DNA of 63,966 nucleotides, counting the filler, from an uncultured bacterium (GTDB taxonomy: Bacteria; Auribacterota; CAZIXI01), in NCBI GenBank assembly GCA_964543115.1. It is 3 parts of 3 records of this genome, joined end to end, with 100 filler letters (N's around TTAATTAATTAA, not from the genome) between each part and the next. Parts side by side here need not be neighbours in the genome. Positions count along the whole stretch, not along the records: positions 46,161 to 63,966 come from CAZIXI010000046.1; 2 more parts are not named here. One strand, written 5' to 3'. The translations under genes and the position numbers were made by a program. The notes beneath the pieces are model-generated. The model made no database searches and had not been told where the DNA came from. It worked only from the letters and a program-made list of their open reading frames with translations. Positions 49,464-60,408 of the stretch are shown here, one piece after another (within the stretch, counting starts at the first letter, position 1; each line of letters starts with the position of its first letter).

Positions 49464-52124
49464 ATGAAAGAAATACCTACCCAATATAACCCCAAGGAAA
49501 CGGAGAATAAGTGGTACAGTTTCTGGACGGAGAAGGATCTGTTTCATGCCCGGGCGGATAAGGGCGGTAAATCCTATTCGATTGTTATTCCCCCGCCCAA
49601 TATTACCGGGATCCTCCATATGGGGCATGCCCTGAATAATACGATTCAGGATATCCTTATTCGCTGGCAGCGTATGCAGGGATTCAACACTCTCTGGATG
49701 CCGGGAACCGATCATGCCGGGATTGCTACCCAGAATGTTGTTGAGCGGATGCTTAAAACTAAAGGAAATTCGCGGGAAACACTCGGTCGGGAAAAGTTCA
49801 TTGACCAGGTGTGGCAATGGCGCGAGCAGTATGGTAATACGATTATCAGCCAGTTAAAACGTCTTGGTTGTTCCTGTGATTGGGAGCGGACAAGATTTAC
49901 GATGGATGAGGGATTGAGCCGGGCGGTACAGGAGGTTTTTATCCGCCTCTATGAGAAGGGGCTGGTCTATCGCGGTAATTACATTATCAATTGGTGCCCG
50001 CGCTGCCAGACAGCGCTTTCTGATGAAGAAAGTGAGCATAAGGAACTTAAGGGTCTGTTGTATTATGTTAATTATCCGATCAAGGACGCCTCTCCGGAAC
50101 ACCAATACGTAACCGTAGCCACAACCCGGCCGGAGACAATGCTGGGTGATACGGCCTTAGCGGTTAATCCTAAAGATAAAAGATACAAATTCCTTCACGG
50201 CAAAACCGTTATTCTCCCGGTATTGGAAAGGGAATTGCCGGTGGTTGTGGATGATTACGTTGATCCGGCTTTTGGTACCGGGATCGTTAAAATCACCCCC
50301 GCCCATGATCCTAACGATTTTCTTGTTGCCCAGCGGCACGGGCTGCCTTCAGTGAATATTATGAACGGTGATGCCTCGCTTAATGAGCAGGCCGGCCCGT
50401 ATCAAGGGCAGGACAGGTTTGAGGCGCGGGAGGCGCTGCTGGTGGATCTTAAGGATCGCGGGCTGTTGGTTAAAACAGAGGCTCATGATTATGCCATTGG
50501 TCATTGTTACCGCTGTCACACCATTGTTGAACCGCGGGTGTCCCGGCAATGGTTCGTGAAAATGAAACCGCTGGCCAAACCGGCGATTGAGGTGGTGGAA
50601 AAAGGGAAAATTAAATTTTATCCCGGTCGCTGGAGTAAGGTGTATCTGGAATGGATGTATAATATTCGCGATTGGTGTATTTCCCGGCAGATCTGGTGGG
50701 GGCATCGTATTCCGGTATGGTATTGTCTAAAGTGTGAGCGGGCGGAGGCGAGCCGTGAACGGCCGGATAAGTGTTCGGCTTGCGGTTCCGCTGACTGGCA
50801 GCAGGATCCGGATGTGCTGGATACCTGGTTTAGTTCCTGGCTCTGGCCGTTTAGCACCATGGGCTGGCCGGAAGAGACCAAAGAACTGAAGTTTTATTAT
50901 CCGACGGATGTGCTGGTTACCGCGCAGGAGATTATCTTTTTCTGGGTGGCCCGGATGATTATGTCCGGCTTGGAGCTTATTAAAGAGATTCCTTTCCGGG
51001 AGGTATATATTCACGGTACTGTCCGGGATGAGACCGGAACGAAGATGAGTAAGTCTCTGGGTAACGTGATTGATCCCCTGGAGATAATTGATGAATTTGG
51101 CGCGGACGCGCTCCGGTTCAGTATTATTTCGATTACCGCCCAGGGGCAGGATGTCTATCTCAGCCGGCATCGTTTTGAGACCGGCCGTAATTTTTGTAAC
51201 AAGATCTGGAACGCCTCACGGTTTCTGTTAATGAACCTGGAGGCCGATCGGGCTCTGGGTAAATTACCTGCGGGTAAAGATTGGACCCCTGATGATTGGT
51301 TTATTGTCGGTAGGTTACAGTGCCTGATTAAGTCGGTTACCGCTGATCTTAAGGCCTACCGGTTTAAAGAGGCGGCCGGAAATATCTATGAATTCTTCTG
51401 GCATGATCTTTGTGATAAATATATCGAAGTGGCCAAACCCACTCTGTACGGAGAGGACGCGGAGGCGAAAAAGGTTAAACAGCGGATTATCTTTCATGTT
51501 TTAGAAAATACCCTGCGGCTCCTGCATCCGGTGATGCCGTTCATTACCGAAGAACTCTGGCAGCGGCTGCGGCAGATTTCCGGGAATACTGAAGTGCCGG
51601 CAATCATGGTTGCTGCCTGGCCCAAGTTTACCAAGAAGTATTATCGCGAGGAGATAGTTAATAAAGTTCAGGAAAAATTTGAATTAATCCATGCCGGCCG
51701 GTCCCTGCGTAATGAATATAGCGTGCCGCCGGCCTCCCGGGTGGATTTTTTTATTAAACCGGTTACTGTGGCCGAGCAGAAGTTTTTAATAGGCGATAAG
51801 GTATCGGTGGCCAAAGTGCTGGGTGCCCGGGAATTGACCATTGAGGTAAAATTTAAACCACAGACGGCACTGCCTGCCGGGGTGACCCCCAGTGGGACGA
51901 TTTATATGTCATTAGCAGGGCTGGATACCAGTAAGGAACGGGCGCGGTTGGATAAGGAGTTGGCAAAAATAAATAAAGAGCTCGAATCAGTTAATAATAA
52001 ACTGAAGAATAATAACTTTATCTCCCGCGCGCCGAAAGAGGTGGTAGCGAAGGTAAAGGATAAGAGAAAAGAGATTGAAGCAAGGTTCAAGAAAATAAAA
52101 AGCCACATGGAGTTCTTTAATTAG
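49464..52124 (+). CDS. valS: Valine-tRNA ligase
   Basis: PPPNITGILHMGH, WCISRQIWWGH, KMSKS, C-terminal coiled-coil arm. Confidence 0.98.
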   Translation: MKEIPTQYNPKETENKWYSFWTEKDLFHARADKGGKSYSIVIPPPNITGILHMGHALNNTIQDILIRWQRMQGFNTLWMPGTDHAGIATQNVVERMLKTKGNSRETLGREKFIDQVWQWREQYGNTIISQLKRLGCSCDWERTRFTMDEGLSRAVQEVFIRLYEKGLVYRGNYIINWCPRCQTALSDEESEHKELKGLLYYVNYPIKDASPEHQYVTVATTRPETMLGDTALAVNPKDKRYKFLHGKTVILPVLERELPVVVDDYVDPAFGTGIVKITPAHDPNDFLVAQRHGLPSVNIMNGDASLNEQAGPYQGQDRFEAREALLVDLKDRGLLVKTEAHDYAIGHCYRCHTIVEPRVSRQWFVKMKPLAKPAIEVVEKGKIKFYPGRWSKVYLEWMYNIRDWCISRQIWWGHRIPVWYCLKCERAEASRERPDKCSACGSADWQQDPDVLDTWFSSWLWPFSTMGWPEETKELKFYYPTDVLVTAQEIIFFWVARMIMSGLELIKEIPFREVYIHGTVRDETGTKMSKSLGNVIDPLEIIDEFGADALRFSIISITAQGQDVYLSRHRFETGRNFCNKIWNASRFLLMNLEADRALGKLPAGKDWTPDDWFIVGRLQCLIKSVTADLKAYRFKEAAGNIYEFFWHDLCDKYIEVAKPTLYGEDAEAKKVKQRIIFHVLENTLRLLHPVMPFITEELWQRLRQISGNTEVPAIMVAAWPKFTKKYYREEIVNKVQEKFELIHAGRSLRNEYSVPPASRVDFFIKPVTVAEQKFLIGDKVSVAKVLGARELTIEVKFKPQTALPAGVTPSGTIYMSLAGLDTSKERARLDKELAKINKELESVNNKLKNNNFISRAPKEVVAKVKDKRKEIEARFKKIKSHMEFFN

Positions 52125-52141
52125 GGAGTGTAATTACTATT

Positions 52142-52924
52142 ATGCAAAGACCGGTTGTTTTTAAGAATGAGGGTCATGATATCTATGGGGTTCTTCATCT
52201 GCCTAAGGGTACCGGCCTAACCAGGCATGTGCCGGCGGTAGTGTTATGTCATGGTTTTATGGGCAGCAAGGTAGAGGCGCATAGGCTGTTTGTTAAATTT
52301 TCCCGTTTACTGGAGTCTTACCGGATTGCCAGCCTGCGGTTTGATTTTCGCGGCTGCGGTGACAGCGGCGGTGATTATCGTCAGTTTACGATTATGGATG
52401 AGGTGAGTGATGCCCTAAAGGCGATTGATTTTCTCTCTGCTCAGGTTGGCGTCAACCGGGAGAGGATCGGGCTTTTAGGTTTTAGCCTGGGTTCGATTGT
52501 GGCCAGTTATGCCGCGGCCAGGCACCAGCTGGTTAGATCCCTGGCTTTATGGGCGCCGCCGGTTGATCTGCTCTGGCAGCAGAAGCGATTAAACAAACAG
52601 ATAAAAATGAGAAAAAGTTATATCAGGCCCAGATACATAGATTATCACGGTACGTTAGTGGGGATGAAGTTTATCGGCCAGCTGCCGCAGATTAAACCAT
52701 TAGAGGAAGTCCAGAATTTTTATAGTCCGGTGTTTATTGCTCATGGGACGAAAGACGATACGGTGCCTTTAATGGATAGTTTTAGATTGTATCGCGCCCT
52801 GCACAAAAATAAAATTCCGGTGGAGCGTTTTTTGATAAAAGGGGCTGATCATATTTTCAGTAACCACATCTGGCAGCAGATTTTATTTAAAAGGACATTA
52901 CGATTTTTTGCGAAGAATATCTGA
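52142..52924 (+). CDS. Alpha/beta hydrolase
   Basis: CHGFMG, RFDFRGCGDSGG, GFSLG nucleophile elbow, HGTKDD, ADH. Confidence 0.88.
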   Translation: MQRPVVFKNEGHDIYGVLHLPKGTGLTRHVPAVVLCHGFMGSKVEAHRLFVKFSRLLESYRIASLRFDFRGCGDSGGDYRQFTIMDEVSDALKAIDFLSAQVGVNRERIGLLGFSLGSIVASYAAARHQLVRSLALWAPPVDLLWQQKRLNKQIKMRKSYIRPRYIDYHGTLVGMKFIGQLPQIKPLEEVQNFYSPVFIAHGTKDDTVPLMDSFRLYRALHKNKIPVERFLIKGADHIFSNHIWQQILFKRTLRFFAKNI

Positions 52925-52939
52925 TTGATTGAGGAGATG

Positions 52940-52976
52940 GGACGCAGTTTTACAATTTATGAGTAGATCTGCGTCC
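52940..52976. repeat. Intergenic inverted repeat GGACGCAG...CTGCGTCC (REP-like)
   Basis: 8-bp perfect arms at 52940-52947 and 52969-52976, just upstream of uvrB. Confidence 0.5.
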
Positions 52977-52986
52977 TCTTTGTATC

Positions 52987-54963
52987 GTGAAATTTAAACT
53001 AAAAGCTGAATTCCGGCCCTGCGGCGATCAGCCGCAGGCAATCCGGGCGCTCACCAAGGGGCTGACTGAAAAGCAAAGACTGCAGACTTTGCTGGGAGTT
53101 ACCGGTTCGGGGAAAACCTTTACTATTGCCAATGTTGTTAATAAGGTTCAGCGGCCCACGCTTGTTATTTCGCATAATAAGACTTTGGCTGCCCAGTTGT
53201 ATAGCGAATTAAAACAGTTTTTCCCTGATAACGCCGTCGAGTATTTTGTCAGTTATTATGACTATTACCAGCCGGAAGCCTATCTCCCGCATACCGATAC
53301 TTATATTGAGAAGGATGCCTCAATTAATGAGGAACTGGAACGCTTGCGCCTGTCTACAACCAGCAGCCTGCTGCACCGCCGGGACGTGATTGTTGTGGCC
53401 AGTGTTTCCTGTATTTACGGTATCGGTAACCCGGAAGATTACCGGGAACTGACCTATATGTTGAGTGTCGGCAGTGAGGTCGCGCGGGAAGAGATTGTCC
53501 GTTCGCTGGTGGATATGCAGTATCAACGGAATGATATTGAATTTATCCGCGGCCGGTTTCGTGTGCGTGGTGATGTTTTGGAGGTTTTTCCGGCCTATCA
53601 GGAACAGGGCGTCAGGATTGAACTGGGCGGAAAAGGGATTGAGCGGTTATCGGTTATTGACCCGTTAACGGGTAAGAGGATTAAGAAGATTAATGAGATT
53701 ACTATTTATCCGGCAAAACATTTTGTGGTGCCTTATGAACGACTGGAGGGAGCGCTGACGGCAATCGAGCGGGAATTGACTGAGCGGTTAAAAGAGTTAC
53801 GTGAACAGGGAAAACTGCTGGAGGCGCAGCGGCTGGAAAGCCGGACCAAATATGATATCGAGATGATGCGGGAAATGGGATATTGTTCGGGGATCGAAAA
53901 TTATTCAAGGCACATTTCCGGCAGGGCCCCGGGACAACGGCCGGCTGTATTGCTGGATTTTTTTCCGGCGGATTACTTAATGGTTATTGATGAATCGCAT
54001 GTTACTCTTCCGCAGGTCAGGGGCATGTATTTTGGTGATCGATCACGCAAGACAACCTTGGTTAAGCATGGTTTCCGTCTGCCCAGCGCCCTGGATAACC
54101 GGCCGCTGAAATTTGCCGAATTTGAGCAGGCGATGAAACAGGTGATTTGTGTCTCGGCAACACCGGGCCCGTATGAATTGGAGAAGGGTACGCGGCCGGT
54201 GGAACAGGTAATCCGGCCCACCGGCTTGATTGATCCGGAGATTATTCTGCGGCCGGTAAAAGGTCAGATTGATGATCTGGTCGGCCGGCTTAACGAACGG
54301 ATAAAAAACAAGGACCGGATACTGGTAACTACCCTGACCAAACGGATGGCGGAGGATCTGGCGGATTATCTTGATGATTTAGGTATTCGCGTACGCTATA
54401 TTCATTCCGAGATAGATGCTATTCAGCGGGTGGAGATCCTGCGCGGACTGCGGGAGGCGGATTTTGATGTGTTGGTGGGAATTAATCTGTTACGGGAGGG
54501 ACTGGATCTGCCTGAGGTATCGCTGGTAGCTATTCTGGATGCTGATAAGGAAGGATTCCTGCGCTCCCAGACTTCCCTGATCCAGACCGCCGGCCGGGCG
54601 GCCCGGCACATTAACGGGCTGGTGGTGATGTATGCCGATAAGGTAACCAACTCCATGAAGCGAACGATCGAAGAAACTAATCGTAGACGAAAGCGGCAAA
54701 TTGCCTATAATAAGAGGCACCATATTACACCCCGGAGTGTTAGCCGGGGTATTCAGCAGAGTCTCAGTTTAACCAAGGAGGGAAAAGCGATTGCCGCCTA
54801 TGCCTTGCGGGAGACGAAACTAGATTATGAAACTCAGGAGGTATTGTTTCATTTGCAGCGGCAGATGCGGGAGGCGGCGGAAAAGCTGGATTTTGAACAG
54901 GCGGCAGCCCTGAGAGATAAGGTTAAGGAAATCAAAGGAACTTATTTAAAGGGGAAAAAATAA
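52987..54963 (+). CDS. uvrB: Excinuclease ABC subunit B
   Basis: [37 protein letters not shown]-terminal UVR domain. Confidence 0.98.
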   Translation: MKFKLKAEFRPCGDQPQAIRALTKGLTEKQRLQTLLGVTGSGKTFTIANVVNKVQRPTLVISHNKTLAAQLYSELKQFFPDNAVEYFVSYYDYYQPEAYLPHTDTYIEKDASINEELERLRLSTTSSLLHRRDVIVVASVSCIYGIGNPEDYRELTYMLSVGSEVAREEIVRSLVDMQYQRNDIEFIRGRFRVRGDVLEVFPAYQEQGVRIELGGKGIERLSVIDPLTGKRIKKINEITIYPAKHFVVPYERLEGALTAIERELTERLKELREQGKLLEAQRLESRTKYDIEMMREMGYCSGIENYSRHISGRAPGQRPAVLLDFFPADYLMVIDESHVTLPQVRGMYFGDRSRKTTLVKHGFRLPSALDNRPLKFAEFEQAMKQVICVSATPGPYELEKGTRPVEQVIRPTGLIDPEIILRPVKGQIDDLVGRLNERIKNKDRILVTTLTKRMAEDLADYLDDLGIRVRYIHSEIDAIQRVEILRGLREADFDVLVGINLLREGLDLPEVSLVAILDADKEGFLRSQTSLIQTAGRAARHINGLVVMYADKVTNSMKRTIEETNRRRKRQIAYNKRHHITPRSVSRGIQQSLSLTKEGKAIAAYALRETKLDYETQEVLFHLQRQMREAAEKLDFEQAAALRDKVKEIKGTYLKGKK

Positions 54964-54990
54964 CAACTTTAAGCAAGAGAAGGTGATTTT

Positions 54991-55842
54991 ATGGTTCCGG
55001 AACTTAATTTAGAAAAGGTGCGCGCTATTGTTGCCCAGGCCCTGGCGGAGGATGTGGGTTCCGGCGATATCACTACCGAAAGGGTTATTCCGCCGGAGTT
55101 GGAGATTACCGGGGTGATTGAGGCCCGTAAACAGGGTATTGTTGCCGGGGTGGCTGTGGCGGAGATAGTGTTTCAGACCATGGATAAACGTCTGGAAATA
55201 AAAAAGATGGTCAAAGAAGGAGGAGAGGTTAGCTCGGGACAGGAGGTTATAACCGTTTCCGGTTCGGCCCAGGCGATCCTGACAGCGGAACGGACGGCGT
55301 TAAATTTTCTTAGTTTTCTTTCCGGGATTGCCACGTTTACTAATCAGTTTATTGATAAGGTAAAGGACTATCAGGTTACTATTCTGGATACGCGGAAGAA
55401 TATCCCTAATATGCGTTTTCTGGAGAAATATGCCGTAGCGGTCGGCGGCGGCACGAATCATCGTTTTGGGCTTTATGATCAGGTATTAATTAAGGACAAT
55501 CATTTAAAGATCCAGCAGCAGTTGGGGTCCGGCTATATTCACCGGACGGTTACGGCCAGCCGTAAAAGTGCCGCGGAGAGGATCGAGATCGAAGTGCACA
55601 ATCTTGATCAGGCGCGGGAAGCTGCCGAGAGCGGTGCTGATATTTTATTACTGGATAATATGTCAATTGCAGATATAGTGGATGTGGTCAAAGAATTACG
55701 GGGCAAAATACCTTTAGAGGTATCCGGCGGCGTAAATCTGGAGAATATTGCGGCCATTGCCCAAACGGGTGTTGATTATATTTCTATTGGCGCAATTACC
55801 CATTCCGCGCCCGCCCTGGATATGGCGCTGGAGATAAGCTGA
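54991..55842 (+). CDS. nadC: Nicotinate-nucleotide pyrophosphorylase (carboxylating)
   Basis: EDVGSGDITT, LDTRK, NHRFGLYD, LIKDNH, LLDNM, EVSGG. Confidence 0.97.
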   Translation: MVPELNLEKVRAIVAQALAEDVGSGDITTERVIPPELEITGVIEARKQGIVAGVAVAEIVFQTMDKRLEIKKMVKEGGEVSSGQEVITVSGSAQAILTAERTALNFLSFLSGIATFTNQFIDKVKDYQVTILDTRKNIPNMRFLEKYAVAVGGGTNHRFGLYDQVLIKDNHLKIQQQLGSGYIHRTVTASRKSAAERIEIEVHNLDQAREAAESGADILLLDNMSIADIVDVVKELRGKIPLEVSGGVNLENIAAIAQTGVDYISIGAITHSAPALDMALEIS

Positions 55843-55848
55843 AAATTA

Positions 55849-55868
55849 CAGCTTATAGCTTATAGCTG
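55849..55868. repeat. Short AGCTTAT heptamer repeat
   Basis: cagcttatagcttatagctg between nadC and birA. Confidence 0.45.
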
Positions 55869-55880
55869 ATTTAATCTGTT

Positions 55881-56852
55881 ATGCAGCAGGAAATACTATA
55901 TACCTTACACAAATATAAAGACGGCTATATTTCCGGAGCAGAGCTGGCGGATAAGCTGGGAGTGACACGTACGAGTATCTGGAATCATATCGAATATTTC
56001 CGTAAGCAGGGCTATAAGATTGAGGCCCATCCGCGGTTAGGCTATAAATTGCAGGAGGTGCCTGACCGTTTGCTGCCCGATGAGATCCAATGGGGCCTAA
56101 AGACAAAGACTATCGGCAGAAATATCTGGGCCTATGAAGAAATAGATTCTACTAATAATGCCGCCTGGGGTTTGGCGGGCAATGGCGTTCCTGCCGGCAG
56201 TGTAGTAGTGGCTGAGTCTCAAACCAGCGGGCGCGGCCGTTTGGGGCGAAACTGGTTTTCTCCCCGGCGCAAGGGCCTGTGGTTTTCCGTTATCCTGCAG
56301 CCGGCAATTGCGCCGTCTTCAGCGGCAATGATTACTGTGGGGGCGGCGGTAGCGGTAGCCGAGGCCATAGCCAGATATACGGGATTACTAACGGCGATTA
56401 AGTGGCCCAATGATATTTACATCAATAATAAAAAAGCCGGCGGTATCCTGGTAGAGTTAAATACCGAATTAGATAAGATAAAATACGCTATTGTCGGGAT
56501 TGGGGTGGATGTCAATTTAGCCAAGAATGATTATCCGGCGGCCCTGAGAAAGATAGCAACGTCGCTAATGATTGAAGGACAAAAGGCCTGTTCCCGGATA
56601 GAATTATTGCGCGGGATTTTGACTTGTCTTGATAGTTATTGTGATCTGGTGGAGCGGCAGGAGTTTCCGGTAATTATTGAGAAGTGGAAAAATCTTTCTC
56701 TTGTTCTGGGTAAGAGAATAAAAGTTATTCAGGGTGAACGCCGATTACAGGGTCAGGCGCTGGGTATTGATGACCGGGGCGGTTTGATTGTCAGATTAGA
56801 CAATGGTTTTAACGAACATATTAACAGCGGGGATATTTCCTTATGTTGTTAG
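55881..56852 (+). CDS. birA: Bifunctional biotin ligase/repressor
   Basis: N-terminal HTH (ISGAELADKLGVTRTSIW), DSTN, QTSGRGRLGRNW, KWPND, KKAGGIL. Confidence 0.96.
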   Translation: MQQEILYTLHKYKDGYISGAELADKLGVTRTSIWNHIEYFRKQGYKIEAHPRLGYKLQEVPDRLLPDEIQWGLKTKTIGRNIWAYEEIDSTNNAAWGLAGNGVPAGSVVVAESQTSGRGRLGRNWFSPRRKGLWFSVILQPAIAPSSAAMITVGAAVAVAEAIARYTGLLTAIKWPNDIYINNKKAGGILVELNTELDKIKYAIVGIGVDVNLAKNDYPAALRKIATSLMIEGQKACSRIELLRGILTCLDSYCDLVERQEFPVIIEKWKNLSLVLGKRIKVIQGERRLQGQALGIDDRGGLIVRLDNGFNEHINSGDISLCC

Positions 56853-57574
56853 CCATAGATGTTGGCAACAGCCAGATTAATTGTGGTTTGTTTAAAGGGA
56901 AGCGCTTAATGCGCAGCTGGAGTTTTTCTGCCGGCGCCATTCCCCGGAATTTTTATCCGCGGAAACTAGTTACTTCTGCTGTAATCGGCAGTGTTGTTCC
57001 TTCTACCACAGCTGTTATTAAAAAGAGATTGTCTGTTCCTGTATTGGTAGTTAATTGCGCCGTTGATCTTGGTATCAAAATTAAGTACAGAAATCCCCGC
57101 CAGGTTGGCGCGGACCGCCTGGCCAATGCCGTGGCCGCCCGCTCCATTTACGGGTCACCGGCCCTGGTAGTTGATTTTGGCACGGCAACCACAATTGATG
57201 TCATTTCCCGCGGCGGTGATTATCTAGGCGGCCTGATCATGCCCGGATTGGAAATGGCCCGTCAGGCCCTGCGCAAGAACACTGCTTTATTGCCCCTGGT
57301 GCCGCTTAAAAGACCACGCCGGGTACTGGGGCAGACAACGGCGGAAGCCGTTCGGGCAGGTCTTTATTTCGGCTTCCGGGGAATGATCAGGGAAAGCCTG
57401 GACAGGTTAAAGAAAGAATTGCGATTTCCCCGAAAAACGGTTATTATAGCAACCGGTGGACATGCCGGATTTTTGGCGCCGGGAATGTTTGATAAGATTG
57501 ATCCCGCGCTTACTTTAAAAGGGTTAAATATTATATTTTTGAGAAACGAGGTGGAAAATGTCAGAAGCAGTTGA
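56843..57574 (+). CDS. coaX: Type III pantothenate kinase
   Basis: LLAIDVGNS, GADR, VVDFGTATT, GGLIMPG, ATGG. Confidence 0.95.
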   Translation: MLLAIDVGNSQINCGLFKGKRLMRSWSFSAGAIPRNFYPRKLVTSAVIGSVVPSTTAVIKKRLSVPVLVVNCAVDLGIKIKYRNPRQVGADRLANAVAARSIYGSPALVVDFGTATTIDVISRGGDYLGGLIMPGLEMARQALRKNTALLPLVPLKRPRRVLGQTTAEAVRAGLYFGFRGMIRESLDRLKKELRFPRKTVIIATGGHAGFLAPGMFDKIDPALTLKGLNIIFLRNEVENVRSS

Positions 57575-58094
57575 GTTAAAATCAATTATTGAAGCGCTTT
57601 TATTTGTTAGTAATAATCCCATTACGGACAGCCAGCTCAAAGAGGTGCTGGTTAAGGAGGGAGTGACCCCTAAACAGATTGAGAGTGTGATGGCGGAATT
57701 AAATCAGGAATATGCGGATTCTAAGCGCAGTTTCCGGATAGAACAAATTGCCGGCGGCTGGCAGCTGCGCACCCAGCCGGAGTTTGGTCCCTGGGTCAAG
57801 AAACTGCTTCAGATTCAGCGGAAAGAACGCTTTAGCGCTCCGGCGCTGGAAACGCTGGCTGTTATTGCCTATAAACAACCGATTACTAAAACGGAAATTG
57901 AGGCGATCAGGGGTGTGAATATTGACTGGGTGTTGAGTACCCTGGTGGAGAAAGGCATTGTGCGTACTATTGGCAGGAAAGATGTTCCCGGCCGGCCGTT
58001 TCTCTACGGAACAAGTACCAAATTTTTAGAACATTTTGGTTTAAGTGAGTTAAAGGATCTGCCTCAGGTAGAGGCCCTAAAACCGAAAGCATAA
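57558..58094 (+). CDS. scpB: SMC-Scp complex subunit ScpB
   Basis: IEALLF, LETLAVIAYKQPITKTEIEAIRGV, GRPFLYGT. Confidence 0.96.
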   Translation: MSEAVELKSIIEALLFVSNNPITDSQLKEVLVKEGVTPKQIESVMAELNQEYADSKRSFRIEQIAGGWQLRTQPEFGPWVKKLLQIQRKERFSAPALETLAVIAYKQPITKTEIEAIRGVNIDWVLSTLVEKGIVRTIGRKDVPGRPFLYGTSTKFLEHFGLSELKDLPQVEALKPKA

Positions 58095-58111
58095 TGATAG
58101 AATATAAGAAT

Positions 58112-58167
58112 GTAGGGGTGGGCCTTGCCTGCCTGCCGGCAGGCAGTTGCCCTCCCGTGGCGGGGAG
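58112..58167. repeat. GTAG-type REP-like element containing a perfect 18-bp palindrome CTGCCTGCCGGCAGGCAG
   Basis: gtaggggtgggccttgc-ctgcctgccggcaggcag-ttgccctcccgtggcggggagg. Confidence 0.7.
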
Positions 58168-58173
58168 GTTTAG

Positions 58174-59235
58174 ATGAATCTGAACCAAATACGGAAAGAA
58201 ATCAATAAATTAGACGGTAATATCCTGCGGCTCTTAAACCAGCGCACCAGGCTGGCCTTAAAGATAGGTAAACTGAAGGAGGCCGCGGGTAAGGAAGTGT
58301 ATTCACCGTCACGGGAACGGGAAGTATACCGTAACCTGATCCGGGCCAATAAAGGGCCGATACCCGGCCAGGTAATCAAAGCGGTTTACCGGGAGATAAT
58401 GAGCGGCGCCCTTAGTTTACAGAAGAAATTGGTTGTGGCCTATCTGGGTCCGGAGGCTACTTTTACCCATGAGGCGGCCCGCACCAAGTTTGGCAGCGCG
58501 GTGAAATATCTGGCGGCAGACAGTATCAGTGAAATATTCAGCGCGGTAGAGAAGGGGTACGCCGATTATGGAGTAGTACCGATTGAAAATTCCATTGAGG
58601 GAGCGGTAACTCATACTCTGGATGTGTTTATGGAATCCGAACTCAAGGTTTGCGCGGAGATCTTTATTGAGATTTCACATAATCTTTTAAGCAGGGAAAA
58701 CAATCTGGCTAAAATAAAAAAGATTTATTCCAACCGTCAGGTATTTGCTCAGTGCCGAAGCTGGCTGAAAACCAATCTGGCCAAGGCCGAATTGATTGAA
58801 GTCTCCAGCACGGCGCGGGCGGCTAAGGATGTGGTGAGGAAGAAAAATTCCGCGGCCATGGCCAGTAAACTGGCGGCGGAATTATATGGGTTGCGCATCC
58901 TGGCAGCCGATGTTGAAGATGTGCCGCATAATGTGACCAGGTTCCTGGTTGTCGGCAGGAGTTATGCCGGCACTACCGGTAAGGATAAAACCTCCGTTAT
59001 GTTTTCAGTGAAGGATCGGGTGGGTGCTCTTTATGACAGTCTGAAAGTATTTAAACTGAATAATATTAATTTAACCAAAATAGAGTCCCGTCCGTCGAAA
59101 AAGAAGGTCTGGGAATACTACTTCTTTGTTGATTTTAACGGGCATTGTGAAGGGAGAAATGCCCGCCGGGCGCTGAAGGGTCTGGAAAAGCACTGTATGT
59201 TTGTTAAGGTGCTGGGATCCTATCCCCGGGTCTAA
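58174..59235 (+). CDS. pheA: Chorismate mutase/prephenate dehydratase
   Basis: CM domain, YLGPEATFT, VPIENS, NVTRF, NLTKIESRP ACT domain. Confidence 0.97.
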   Translation: MNLNQIRKEINKLDGNILRLLNQRTRLALKIGKLKEAAGKEVYSPSREREVYRNLIRANKGPIPGQVIKAVYREIMSGALSLQKKLVVAYLGPEATFTHEAARTKFGSAVKYLAADSISEIFSAVEKGYADYGVVPIENSIEGAVTHTLDVFMESELKVCAEIFIEISHNLLSRENNLAKIKKIYSNRQVFAQCRSWLKTNLAKAELIEVSSTARAAKDVVRKKNSAAMASKLAAELYGLRILAADVEDVPHNVTRFLVVGRSYAGTTGKDKTSVMFSVKDRVGALYDSLKVFKLNNINLTKIESRPSKKKVWEYYFFVDFNGHCEGRNARRALKGLEKHCMFVKVLGSYPRV

Positions 59236-59247
59236 AGGGTGTGCGTT

Positions 59248-60348
59248 ATGAGTAAGCTAGAAAATATTGCGCGCAAGAACATCCTGGCGATTAATCCGTA
59301 TAAACCGGGCAAACCGATTACTGAGGTGGCCAGGGAATTGGGGTTGAAGAAGATCATAAAATTGGCCTCTAACGAGAGTCCCCTGGGTCCTTCACCCAGG
59401 GCCAAAGAGGCAATCAGGGCGGCGATCAAGGATCTTAGCCTTTATCCTGAAGGAAGCGGCCGTCTCCTGCGGCAGGCGCTTGCCCGGCAGTATAAGGTAG
59501 AGCCGGATAATGTTATTCTCGGTAACGGTTCCAATGAAATAATTGAACTGGTTTTACGCGCCTTTCTTAATGAAGGGGAAGAGGTAATTACCAGTCAATC
59601 CAGTTTTCTCGTCTATCCGCTGGCCACCCAGGTATGTAACGGCAGGCTCATTGAGACGCCGATGAAGTATTATACCTATGATCTGGAGGCAATCGTGGCC
59701 AAGATAACCAAGCAGACAAAACTGATACTGATCGCTAATCCTAATAATCCAACCGGAACAATGGTTGATAAAAAGGCCGTGGACCGTTTTATGAAAAAAG
59801 TACCCGCGCATGTTGTGGTGGCCTTTGATGAAGCCTATGGTGAATTCACCGATCCCAAACAGTTTCCGCAGACCTTAGCGTATATTCGAGAAGGGCGGCC
59901 GGTGATTATGCTGCGTACCTTCTCCAAGATTTATGGCCTGGCCGGGGTACGAATCGGTTATGGTATTGCCTCAGGGGAATTTACCGGCCTGTTGCATAAG
60001 GTAAGACAGCCTTTCAACGTGAATTCCCTGGCTCAGGTAGCGGCGGAGGCGGCCCTGTCTGATGAAGATTATCGGCATCAAATGATCAGCCTGGTTAATG
60101 AAGGGAAGAACTATCTATATAAAGAATTTTATAAACTGGGTGTTTTCTATGTTCCCAGTGCAACCAATTTTGTCCTGGCCAATGTGGGTGACGGCAATAA
60201 GGTGTTTGAACAACTGTTGCGGAAAGGGATCATTGTCCGGGAGATGAGCGGGTACAAGTTACCGGAGTTTATTCGGGTAACTGTAGGCAAACCGAGTCAG
60301 AACAGAAAATTCATCAAAGCCTTACACGAAGTCTTGTCTCAAAAGTAG
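59248..60348 (+). CDS. hisC: Histidinol-phosphate/aromatic aminotransferase
   Basis: KLASNE, NPNNPTG, DEAY, RTFSKIYGLAGVRIGY. Confidence 0.95.
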   Translation: MSKLENIARKNILAINPYKPGKPITEVARELGLKKIIKLASNESPLGPSPRAKEAIRAAIKDLSLYPEGSGRLLRQALARQYKVEPDNVILGNGSNEIIELVLRAFLNEGEEVITSQSSFLVYPLATQVCNGRLIETPMKYYTYDLEAIVAKITKQTKLILIANPNNPTGTMVDKKAVDRFMKKVPAHVVVAFDEAYGEFTDPKQFPQTLAYIREGRPVIMLRTFSKIYGLAGVRIGYGIASGEFTGLLHKVRQPFNVNSLAQVAAEAALSDEDYRHQMISLVNEGKNYLYKEFYKLGVFYVPSATNFVLANVGDGNKVFEQLLRKGIIVREMSGYKLPEFIRVTVGKPSQNRKFIKALHEVLSQK

Positions 60349-60370
60349 ACAGTTAGGCATGGAGAAGCTT

Positions 60371-60397
60371 CATGAAGGAGGTCCAACCTCCTTCATG
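60371..60397. repeat. REP-like hairpin catgaaggaggt-cca-acctccttcatg
   Basis: 12-bp perfect arms; same element as 21201-21226. Confidence 0.8.
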
Positions 60398-60408
60398 TTG
60401 GAGGAAAT

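Noticed and set aside
48966..49817. 283-aa antisense ORF, and other minus-strand ORFs such as 17217-17825 and 62918-63497
   Set aside because: They fully overlap well-supported genes on the opposite strand and have no motifs or RBS; shadow ORFs.
57558..58094. scpB without adjacent scpA or smc
   Set aside because: Split scpA/scpB arrangements are common, and the rest of the genome is not visible.
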